A stretch of 64,000 nt of DNA from a virus (Duplodnaviria; Caudoviricetes), in the IMG/VR virus record IMGVR_UViG_3300026546_000001, positions 64,001 through 128,000 of that record. The stretch is one strand, 5' to 3'. The notes under the pieces were generated by a model that was not told the DNA's origin, did no database searches, and was given only the letters and a program-made list of their open reading frames with translations. Shown in pieces: positions 51,087-59,743 of this stretch. The translations under genes and the position numbers were made by a program. Positions within the stretch are counted from its first letter, which is position 1. Each line of letters opens with the position of its first letter.

Positions 51087-53264
51087 TTATATCATTCCAC
51101 CACGGCTTAATTCATGCATTTTAATATTTGCATGTGTGTATAATTCTTCAGTTAGTTCCATTTTCTTTTTAGCTGACCATAAAATATTATAATCTATACC
51201 AGTTGGATATTCAACATCATCTAATCGTTTTTCAATAAATTTAATATAATTATCATCAATTTCTGTTTCTATGTAATAATCTATTAAATCTTTAAAACTT
51301 TGGTTATTATACAATGATGCAATTGCAACTAAAGACATAACACAATCATCGTGTCCTGTTTCAGATTCAAAATGATCTTGACTACTTCTATGATTTTCAA
51401 CTCTTACAAATGTAGTCATTTCTCTAATTGTTGTTTCTTCATGTGGAAAAATATAATTATTGTTAATTCTATGTTGATATTCTTTAACTAACATTCCTTT
51501 ATTATTTCTAATTTTTAACCCAATTTTTCCAAATAATGCATCAGCTCTATGTTTATATCTTGCAAATATATGTGAACTATAATTATTATTTCCTTGATAT
51601 AATCCTGGCATGTGTGCTAATAATTCAGCTCCATATGTATTATATTCTAATGCAATTTTTATTTTATTTTCATCTAAAATATGAAATGCTAATACATATA
51701 TCATTTCAGTTAATCTTTTAACACTTGTATTATTACTATGAAATATTCCAACTTGTTCTAATTTAAAAAAATCATATACACTTTCTATTCTAGCATCTTT
51801 TAATTCTTCTTTTGATTTAGGTAAAATTCTAAATAAATTTATTACAGAATAATCTTGTCCTAATCCTTCTGCAATATCAATACCAATTGCATACCAATAT
51901 TTTTTACGATCTTCCCAATTAAATATATCTTCTCGATCTTTTATCCACTTAAAATCTCTATAATCTATGTGATTTAAATTTTCGTATTCTGGAATTTCAT
52001 GCCAAACAAATTCTGCTTCATTATCAGATATTTCAGCTAATTTATCTTCAGAAAATGTTAAATTACTTGCAGCATAAAATTGTAATCCATATTCTTGATT
52101 AAACGCTTCTTCAGATCCAATATCCTTAATTGTTTCTTCTTTCCATGATGTAACTTGCGCAATATTATTAATACTTATTGACATATTTTCTACACGTTCA
52201 CCAAACGCTTCATCAAAAATATCAGATTTAATAATTAATTGTCTTATATCATCATTTTTTAATTCTGAACTGTTTTTAATATGTATAACCCACCTAAAAT
52301 CTTCGTTATTATATTTCATTTTAATATCATCATCTGCAATATTAAAATGTTGTTTAATATAATTAAATACTAATTCTTTAGTTAATCCATATTCATCTAA
52401 TTTATTTTGATTTAATCTAATATATGTAACATTTCTACCTGGAACTTGCCACCAATATACTCTAAGTGCTTTAAAATTATTTTTTCTAGGATCACCGTCT
52501 GGTCTTTCAGCTGCATCAAGTATTTTCCAAAATAAGTTTCTTCCATTTGGTGTAGATGTAATCACAATTTTAGAATTTTCAATACTTGATACTGTTGGAT
52601 ATGCAGATCTATAAAAACTTTCTATTATAGTTCTTGGAATATGTGCGAATTCGTCAAAATATAAAAAATCTATCGTAAAACCAATTGCCGGTTCTTTTGT
52701 TCTAGCAGATGTCATAATTCTACATCCTGTATCTTTAAATACAATACTACGTTGTGCCCAACTGCTAACTCCAGGTTTTAAAAAGAAAGGTAAATGTTTA
52801 TAAATACTTTTTATTTTGTCAAGTATTTCAGTTGTTGTAGATAATTTATTTGCCATTATCATAACATTTTTATCTACATTAAATATTACATAATGTAAAA
52901 TTGATACAGCAACTGAAACAGTTTTACCAATTTGACGCGATGCCATTAAAATACTAAATCTATTATTTGATATAAGATCAATAATTTTTCGTTGATATTT
53001 TCTTCCTTTATATGTAAAATTTCCTATTGATCCATCTGAAGTTTTAACTTTACAATATTTTTGTGCAAAATAATGCACATTCATTTTACATTTAACATAT
53101 TCAACTTGTTCTTCTTTTGTCCATCCAAATGCTAAACCAGCTCTTCTAACATCAGGTTCACCAGATAAAAATGGATTTTCATGTCGTTTTGGTATATAAC
53201 CTTCGTTTATTTTATGTTTAAATTCTTCTACATATTTTGTGGTGAATATCATGTTATTTGACAT
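51087..53264 (-). CDS. terL: terminase large subunit (T4 gp17-like)
   Basis: SRQIGKT, YFDEFAH, TSTPNG, GIDIAEG..DYS, HDDCVM. Confidence 0.92.
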   Translation of the reverse strand: MSNNMIFTTKYVEEFKHKINEGYIPKRHENPFLSGEPDVRRAGLAFGWTKEEQVEYVKCKMNVHYFAQKYCKVKTSDGSIGNFTYKGRKYQRKIIDLISNNRFSILMASRQIGKTVSVAVSILHYVIFNVDKNVMIMANKLSTTTEILDKIKSIYKHLPFFLKPGVSSWAQRSIVFKDTGCRIMTSARTKEPAIGFTIDFLYFDEFAHIPRTIIESFYRSAYPTVSSIENSKIVITSTPNGRNLFWKILDAAERPDGDPRKNNFKALRVYWWQVPGRNVTYIRLNQNKLDEYGLTKELVFNYIKQHFNIADDDIKMKYNNEDFRWVIHIKNSSELKNDDIRQLIIKSDIFDEAFGERVENMSISINNIAQVTSWKEETIKDIGSEEAFNQEYGLQFYAASNLTFSEDKLAEISDNEAEFVWHEIPEYENLNHIDYRDFKWIKDREDIFNWEDRKKYWYAIGIDIAEGLGQDYSVINLFRILPKSKEELKDARIESVYDFFKLEQVGIFHSNNTSVKRLTEMIYVLAFHILDENKIKIALEYNTYGAELLAHMPGLYQGNNNYSSHIFARYKHRADALFGKIGLKIRNNKGMLVKEYQHRINNNYIFPHEETTIREMTTFVRVENHRSSQDHFESETGHDDCVMSLVAIASLYNNQSFKDLIDYYIETEIDDNYIKFIEKRLDDVEYPTGIDYNILWSAKKKMELTEELYTHANIKMHELSRGGMI

Positions 53265-53266
53265 AA

Positions 53267-53312
53267 AAAAGACATATAATTTAATTATATATCAATTAAT
53301 TATATGTCTTTT
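53267..53312 (-). promoter_or_regulatory. 15-bp hairpin abutting the terL start, with a late-type promoter motif in its loop
   Basis: AAAAGACATATAATT/AATTATATGTCTTTT arms; loop reads GATATATAATT on the - strand. Confidence 0.6.
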
Positions 53313-53348
53313 AATAAAATGTGTAAAAAAACAATAAAATAGGTGAAT

Positions 53349-55364
53349 TTATTGTTTTTTATATATCCATTTTAAATTTCCTGAATTATAAATTTTATAG
53401 TAACCTCTTTCGATCATTATTTCGTGTTCCGTTTTATTTTTATTAAAACCTTCTTTTATAAGTTGATCTTTTCTATATTTGAACCTATTTTCACGTATTT
53501 CATCTTTAAAATATGAATATCCTGGATCAGTTATTTTTTCTAATTCAAAATTTAGTTTTTCATATAAGTTTGAATATCCCCAATCTAAATCTTGGTAAGT
53601 AATAATTTTAGTTGGATTGTATTGTTTAATAAAATGTTTAAATAATTTTGCAAGTCCACCAACGATATGATATTTTTCCGCAAAACGATAAAGTTCAAAT
53701 TCATTTTCTATACTATGTTGATTCATAGATTTTCTTAAACTTCCAAATCCAATAACAGACATTAATTCGTTGTTATAAAATAATCCTAATTTAACTTTTG
53801 TTGCAATATAACCTTGAAGATGGTATTTATTTAAAAATTCTTTGTATTCTTTAGAATTTAGTTCTTTAATTTTACATTTTCTTGCATATAATATATTTTC
53901 TTTATTGAGTATTATTTTAAGTCTATGTTTAATTATGTCCTGTTTAAATTTCCAATCATCTTCCCATATTTGAATTAAACGAACTCCTTTTTCATAAGTT
54001 GAATTTAGTTTATTTTGATGATAGAATTTATCTTTATATAATTCACTATGCCAGTAAATTCCGTTTGCTTCAATTGCTATATTATAATCTGGGATATGAA
54101 TGTCTAATTCTTTAGGACTAATTATATTTCTATCATTTTTAATGTATTTAATATTTAATTCATCCAAAAATTCACATATTTCATTATGAAAATTTGATGT
54201 ATAATTTACAAATGGATTACAATATATACAAACATCTCTATTACTTTTATTTCTATAATACGCAAGCCGCCAATTTATTGTATATGTTTTATTACATTTA
54301 CTACATTTTAATGTAATAGTTTTTTCATCATAGTTAAACGAAATAATATTATAATTATTAAATCGTTTTTGTTGTGTTTGTGTCCAATTTTTAATTATTT
54401 TTTCTTTATATTCATTTGATTGATTGTAATATTCAACACCATAACGTTTTAAATTAGTTTGTTTTATTTTTTCTTTTACTTCTTTAGATTGATAAACGTT
54501 TTCAACACCATATCGTTCTAAATTAGTTTGTTTTGTTTTTTCTTGTACTTCTTTTGATTGTGTTGGATATTCAGTTCCGTATTTAGTTAAATTAGTTTGT
54601 TTTGTTTTTTCTTTAAATTCTCCACATTGTACTGGATATTTGACACCGTATCGTTCTAAATTAGTTTGTTTTGTTTTATATTGTATTTCTTTAGATTGTA
54701 CTGGATATTCAACACCATATCGTTCTAAATTAGTTTGTTTTATTTTCTCCTTTATTTTTTCTGATTGATAAACATTTTCAACACCATATCGTTCTAAATT
54801 AGTTTGTTTAACTTTTTCCTGTATATTTTTATTTTGTAATGGTGCTGTTACATTATATCGTTTTAAATTAGTTTCTTTTATTTTCTTTTTTATTGATGGA
54901 TCTTGTGCTGGATTTGAATAGCCAGTTTTTTCTTTATATGTATCAAATGATTTTTGGTGTATATCTTTGTTTTTCCATGGGTGTTCAGTTCCATATCGTT
55001 TTAAACATGTTTTTTTATACGTTTCTTTATATTGATCTATATTTTTTTTAAATGATTTTACACGTTTTTCTATTGATTTTTTTGAAGATCTTGCGCATTT
55101 AGTAGAACAATATTGTCTATATCCTTTATTTCTATTAATGAAAATGGAATCATTATTACAATTTTCATTTTCACATGTTGGAATATTTGGTATATTATTG
55201 ATAGCATGCCAAATTTTTTGTGAAAATTTTAAATTTTGTAAATTATGTTTATTCGCAAAATTTATAATATTATTATATATTTCTGGATAATTTTTTTTAA
55301 TATAAAATTCTTTTGAATATAATCCAGATTTATCTTCTTTGTAAAAAATGCTATAATCAATCAC
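53349..55364 (-). CDS. Hef-like putative homing endonuclease with 9 x 23-aa repeats and GNAT/Mom-like C-terminus
   Basis: Close paralog of 42696..44828. Confidence 0.75.
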   Translation of the reverse strand: MIDYSIFYKEDKSGLYSKEFYIKKNYPEIYNNIINFANKHNLQNLKFSQKIWHAINNIPNIPTCENENCNNDSIFINRNKGYRQYCSTKCARSSKKSIEKRVKSFKKNIDQYKETYKKTCLKRYGTEHPWKNKDIHQKSFDTYKEKTGYSNPAQDPSIKKKIKETNLKRYNVTAPLQNKNIQEKVKQTNLERYGVENVYQSEKIKEKIKQTNLERYGVEYPVQSKEIQYKTKQTNLERYGVKYPVQCGEFKEKTKQTNLTKYGTEYPTQSKEVQEKTKQTNLERYGVENVYQSKEVKEKIKQTNLKRYGVEYYNQSNEYKEKIIKNWTQTQQKRFNNYNIISFNYDEKTITLKCSKCNKTYTINWRLAYYRNKSNRDVCIYCNPFVNYTSNFHNEICEFLDELNIKYIKNDRNIISPKELDIHIPDYNIAIEANGIYWHSELYKDKFYHQNKLNSTYEKGVRLIQIWEDDWKFKQDIIKHRLKIILNKENILYARKCKIKELNSKEYKEFLNKYHLQGYIATKVKLGLFYNNELMSVIGFGSLRKSMNQHSIENEFELYRFAEKYHIVGGLAKLFKHFIKQYNPTKIITYQDLDWGYSNLYEKLNFELEKITDPGYSYFKDEIRENRFKYRKDQLIKEGFNKNKTEHEIMIERGYYKIYNSGNLKWIYKKQ
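54410..55010 (-). repeat. coding 69-bp repeats; boundaries approximate
   Basis: CGTT(C/T)TAAATTAGTTT at 54445, 54514, 54652, 54721, 54790 and 54859. Confidence 0.9.
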
Positions 55365-55593
55365 GTTTTTTGTTTTTTATTTTGTCAATAGCAGATTTAA
55401 CATTATCAGCGTCATTACCAATTTCTATTATTTCTATTTTTTTATAATTATTATATTCTTTAAATTTTGTTCCACCTTTAGTTGTAAACATAATTTCAGA
55501 ATCTCCTAATTCAATGACTTCATCCATTTCAATATGTTCTTCATAGAATAATTCACCCCATTCAGAACCATCAAGTTCATTTTTATTTTTCAT
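55357..55593 (-). CDS. hypothetical protein
   Basis: Operonic 78-aa ORF. Confidence 0.55.
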   Translation of the reverse strand: MKNKNELDGSEWGELFYEEHIEMDEVIELGDSEIMFTTKGGTKFKEYNNYKKIEIIEIGNDADNVKSAIDKIKNKKRD

Positions 55594-55918
55594 TTGTATC
55601 AGTATTTTTAAATATTTTTGTTATTATATCTGAATCTATTGATTTTGACAATTTATTAATCGCGTCGTCAATCCAACTTGAACCTTTTTGTGTTATATTG
55701 TTAGCTGTTTCTTTATTGTAATAATGTACAATGTTTTCGGTATTAAATGTCGTATCTGGTATAATATGTAATGACGAACATGAACTAAATATTGTAGAAT
55801 ATTCAGTTACTAAACCAACTTCAAAACATGGATTTTTATCTCCAATATAGTATACACCTGAATACTTTGGATTATGCGAATAAAAAAAATCAATTGTATC
55901 TTTACTAAAATCTACCAT
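55583..55918 (-). CDS. hypothetical protein
   Basis: Start moved to MVDFSK, just after the TATATTTG box. Confidence 0.55.
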   Translation of the reverse strand: MVDFSKDTIDFFYSHNPKYSGVYYIGDKNPCFEVGLVTEYSTIFSSCSSLHIIPDTTFNTENIVHYYNKETANNITQKGSSWIDDAINKLSKSIDSDIITKIFKNTDTNEK

Positions 55919-55940
55919 AATACAAATATAATAAAAAAAA

Positions 55941-56297
55941 TTAAACAAATAAACGTTTTTGTAAAATTGTTATTTCATTTTTCCAATTATAAAAATCATT
56001 ACTTTTTATTATAAAAGTACTAAATTCTTTATTGTTATTTGATATTTGTGCAAATTGTTTATTTTTAAAATTATAAATTTTAATTTTATAATCTTCATTT
56101 TCCGAATCTACAATAATTGTTCGTTTTATTATTGGATTTAATCCAGTTGCAATTTGTTCAAATACTAATAATGAATCTGATCCATGCAATTCATCAATTA
56201 CAATCATTTTATCAGCTTCAATATTAAAAATTCTTTCTAACAGCTTTTGTATTTTTATATCTAAATATAATCCAGTTTCTAATTCTATTAATTCCAT
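55941..56297 (-). CDS. hypothetical protein
   Basis: 118-aa ORF. Confidence 0.55.
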   Translation of the reverse strand: MELIELETGLYLDIKIQKLLERIFNIEADKMIVIDELHGSDSLLVFEQIATGLNPIIKRTIIVDSENEDYKIKIYNFKNKQFAQISNNNKEFSTFIIKSNDFYNWKNEITILQKRLFV

Positions 56298-56347
56298 TTT
56301 TAATGAATTTACTTTTTTAAATATATAATAAAAATATATTGTTTATT

Positions 56348-56989
56348 ATGGCACGACCAAGTAAGGCGGAAAAAGAAAAAATGAAACAAGAATTAGAAGA
56401 TTTAGAAAAAAATATATCTAGTCAAATTAATAATTTAAATCCTGATGAATTATTTATGGAACCAAATGAATTACCTGCATTATCAGAACATTCAATTGAA
56501 CAACTTGATTATAATAAACAATTAGGTGAAATACGACACGAATCCGAACAAATTATTAATAATTTAGCTGAACTGTATTTAGGAAATGAAGCATTATTAA
56601 CGCATCCATATATTGAAGCAAAACGAAAAAAAGATGCTGATTATTATTCAAGACTTGAATTTTTAGTAAGTGCTTCAGAAAAAACATTAATGACAGTAAT
56701 GCGTGAAATTGAAAGTGGTAATTCTAATACTAGAATGTTTGAAGTTCAATCGATGTTACAACGCGAAATGAGAGACAATATAAAATTATCATTACGTTCA
56801 TTAGCAGATATTGAAAAATTTTATAAAACTATACGTGAAGATTTAGGTGTAGTAAATACACCATCAATAAAACCTGAAGAGGAAGAAGAAACTACAAATT
56901 TAAATATGAAAGAATTTAATAGTCAATTAGAAGAAATGATGAAAAATGGACAATTAGATTTTGATGTTGATGATGAGTTTGATAATTAA
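56348..56989 (+). CDS. possible terminase small subunit (gp16-like)
   Basis: Helical protein with ES..xRMFEV, similar to the PRAYEV motif of T4-like TerS; late-type promoter motif; about 3 kb from terL. Confidence 0.4.
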   Translation: MARPSKAEKEKMKQELEDLEKNISSQINNLNPDELFMEPNELPALSEHSIEQLDYNKQLGEIRHESEQIINNLAELYLGNEALLTHPYIEAKRKKDADYYSRLEFLVSASEKTLMTVMREIESGNSNTRMFEVQSMLQREMRDNIKLSLRSLADIEKFYKTIREDLGVVNTPSIKPEEEEETTNLNMKEFNSQLEEMMKNGQLDFDVDDEFDN

Positions 56990-57405
56990 ATTTTATCTAA
57001 TAACAGTCTATATCTCCAAAAAATGTAATCTTTAGCACTATATTTATCAAAAAATAATGCCATATCAACTTCACTTTTTTGTAAATTATTAGATGGTAAT
57101 ACTTCTTCTTTTAATCCAATTTCTTTTAATGAATTTATTCGTAATGTATAAATATATGCTTTTTTAAAAATATATCCCTTTTTTGTTGTATAATTAAAAA
57201 TTCTTGCATCTGATTTTATCATTTCAGGTTTAATAATTATACCAACTTCTTCATTTGTTTCTCTTATTGCTGCATCAAGTAGTGATTCATCCTTTTCAAT
57301 TTTACCTTTTGGAACAGACCATGTTCCAAAAATAGGTGTTTTAGTAGGATGAATTAATAATATTTTATTTTTATAATATATTGCAATACCAGCAGAAACG
57401 TCCAT
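56986..57405 (-). CDS. NUDIX hydrolase
   Basis: GKIEKDESLLDAAIRETNEEVG Nudix box. Confidence 0.9.
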   Translation of the reverse strand: MDVSAGIAIYYKNKILLIHPTKTPIFGTWSVPKGKIEKDESLLDAAIRETNEEVGIIIKPEMIKSDARIFNYTTKKGYIFKKAYIYTLRINSLKEIGLKEEVLPSNNLQKSEVDMALFFDKYSAKDYIFWRYRLLLDKI

Positions 57406-57451
57406 CTTAATTAAGTATTTATTATATAATATTTAATATTAACAAAAAGTT

Positions 57452-58048
57452 TTAAGTATTTAATTTAAATACTATTTTAAATCTATTAATATTAGGATCC
57501 CAATACAATTTAATAACATCAGGATTATATGTGGTTGTTCCATCTAATTGTGGAATTATTCCCCAAAATCCATAATTTTGTTTTTCTTCAATTGTTAAAT
57601 TATTCAAATCTGATGGTCCAATATATTTATCAACTAACATTTTAGCTGCATTTTTATTTGTATTTTCAGGTAAATATACAATTAATTCTCCATCAACAGT
57701 TACATCCAATGTTTTATTTTCAATTGGATTTATATCAGCTGAATCTCCATTTGGATATGTTATTTTATTAGACCAAATTGCATATTTAGTTCCATCTACA
57801 CCACCACTTCGACCACTACCATTATCATTTACAATTGAATTATTATGAATTGGGTTTGTAAGTTTTATATTAGTTATTTCAGTTAAATTATTAAAATCTA
57901 AATTATCATCATTAATCATTTTGATAATATTTTCAGCTTTTAATAATTGTTCATCAACATACTGTTCTAATTCATTTATTAATTTTTTTAAATACTTTTC
58001 GTTATTTAAGTTTGCATATTTTGATACAAAATCATATCTTTTTAACAT
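57452..58048 (-). CDS. hypothetical protein
   Basis: 198-aa ORF. Confidence 0.6.
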   Translation of the reverse strand: MLKRYDFVSKYANLNNEKYLKKLINELEQYVDEQLLKAENIIKMINDDNLDFNNLTEITNIKLTNPIHNNSIVNDNGSGRSGGVDGTKYAIWSNKITYPNGDSADINPIENKTLDVTVDGELIVYLPENTNKNAAKMLVDKYIGPSDLNNLTIEEKQNYGFWGIIPQLDGTTTYNPDVIKLYWDPNINRFKIVFKLNT

Positions 58049-58133
58049 AAATATAATATTTTTTTATTATTTATTTTTTTATTTAAATTGTTTTTATTAT
58101 ATTTGTATTAACAAACAAATTAAAACAAGTATC

Positions 58134-58934
58134 ATGAAAAAATTAAGTATTTTATTCGTATTAATATTAGTAAATATTAATTTATTTGCTAATGAAAGTT
58201 TTTATGTTAAAGGTATTAAATTTAACATTAGCTTTGAAAAAATTCCTTATCCTAAATCAGTATCTAAATTAACGCTTAAATCATTGTCTAAATCAGATTC
58301 TAAATATGAAATTTCATATTTAGACGATGATGATATAAATGATAATAAAGAAAATGTAATACAAAAATTAACACAAGAACTTAAAAAATACCCACATAAT
58401 GTATTACAAAAATATATTCCTAAAACATTTATTATTGTACATGATATTTATAATAAAAAATCACACCAATTTATTGATGGATTATGGTCGTATGGTGATA
58501 ATATAATATACTCAGTAACAGTGTTTGAAGGTATGAATGAATATTGGTTAAGAGTTATTCATCATGAAATTTTTCATAGTATTGAAAAAGCTAATGGACC
58601 TGAATTTTATGAAACTACAATAAAATTAAATAATGTATTAGGTCGTGATTATAATAATAAATCTTATTTAGAAGAAGATAACTGTTTACATTTTCAAGAA
58701 CCATTTATTACTGCATATCATCCAAATGCAACTGAAGTCGGTGCTGAAATATTTTCATTATTAATGCATAATAATTTTAGACATAATTCAGCTATTATAG
58801 ATTGGTATGTTTCAGATAAATCTAAATTAAATCCTAAATTAAAAGAAAGTATAAAAATTATTATTGATTTTACAAGTTTAATTTCAAATGGAGAAATGGA
58901 TACTGAATATTATTTTAATATTATTAATCGATAA
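58134..58934 (+). CDS. secreted zincin-like metalloprotease
   Basis: Signal peptide MKKLSILFVLILVNINLFA, HHEIFH and a downstream Glu; start moved from 57921. Confidence 0.7.
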   Translation: MKKLSILFVLILVNINLFANESFYVKGIKFNISFEKIPYPKSVSKLTLKSLSKSDSKYEISYLDDDDINDNKENVIQKLTQELKKYPHNVLQKYIPKTFIIVHDIYNKKSHQFIDGLWSYGDNIIYSVTVFEGMNEYWLRVIHHEIFHSIEKANGPEFYETTIKLNNVLGRDYNNKSYLEEDNCLHFQEPFITAYHPNATEVGAEIFSLLMHNNFRHNSAIIDWYVSDKSKLNPKLKESIKIIIDFTSLISNGEMDTEYYFNIINR

Positions 58935-58984
58935 TATTAATAATATTTTTTAAATTAATTTATTTTTATTAAAAACAAATAATC

Positions 58985-59743
58985 ATGAAAAAAGTAATAA
59001 TTTTAATAATATTTGTTATATTTAGTAATTTAATTTTTGCTTCAAGTATAACAGTAAAAGGTGTAACATTTACAATAAAATATTTAACAATATATCCAGA
59101 ATATATTAAAAATTATAGAGTTACATATTTAACAAACGATCTTTCTAACATTAAAAATAATGTAGAAATTAAACTTACACGAGAATTAAATAAATATCCA
59201 AAACAAGTTTTATTAAATTATGTTTCTAAAACTTTTAATATTGTTAAAAGTTTATTAAATTTAAAAACAGATGAATTAGTTGATGGTTTATGGTATAATA
59301 ACAACAATGGTGGTGGTATTATATTAATGTATTCAGTTTTTAATAGTATTGATGATTATGATTTACATGTATTGCATCATGAAATTTTTCATTCTATATA
59401 TGCAAAGGGTGGTGAAAATAGTTATAATTTATTAAAAACTTTAAATAATTTTTGTAATTATTCTAAAGATTATAATTTAGAATCAACAAATTGTTTAGAA
59501 TTTAAATCTGAATTCTTAACAACTTATCATCCTAATGGTATAGAAGTATCATGTGAAACATTTTCATTATTAATGCAAAATGATTCAAGTTATGACTCAA
59601 CTGTTATAGATTGGTATTTATCTAATAAATCAAACAATAATAAAAAATTAAAAGAAAATATAAAAGCTGTTATAAGTTTTACTGATAAAATTTCTAATGG
59701 TGTTATGAACGAAGTATATTATTTTACTATAAGTGATAAATAG
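58985..59743 (+). CDS. secreted zincin-like metalloprotease, paralog of the previous gene
   Basis: Signal peptide, DGLW, HHEIFHSI, YHPN..E(I/T)FSLLM. Confidence 0.7.
   Translation: MKKVIILIIFVIFSNLIFASSITVKGVTFTIKYLTIYPEYIKNYRVTYLTNDLSNIKNNVEIKLTRELNKYPKQVLLNYVSKTFNIVKSLLNLKTDELVDGLWYNNNNGGGIILMYSVFNSIDDYDLHVLHHEIFHSIYAKGGENSYNLLKTLNNFCNYSKDYNLESTNCLEFKSEFLTTYHPNGIEVSCETFSLLMQNDSSYDSTVIDWYLSNKSNNNKKLKENIKAVISFTDKISNGVMNEVYYFTISDK

Noticed and set aside
52147-52434. Intein in the terminase
   Set aside because: No Cys/Ser start with a His-Asn end and no Hint motifs
57921-58133. N-terminal extension of the first zincin
   Set aside because: Overlaps a divergent gene; the promoter box and signal peptide place the start at 58134
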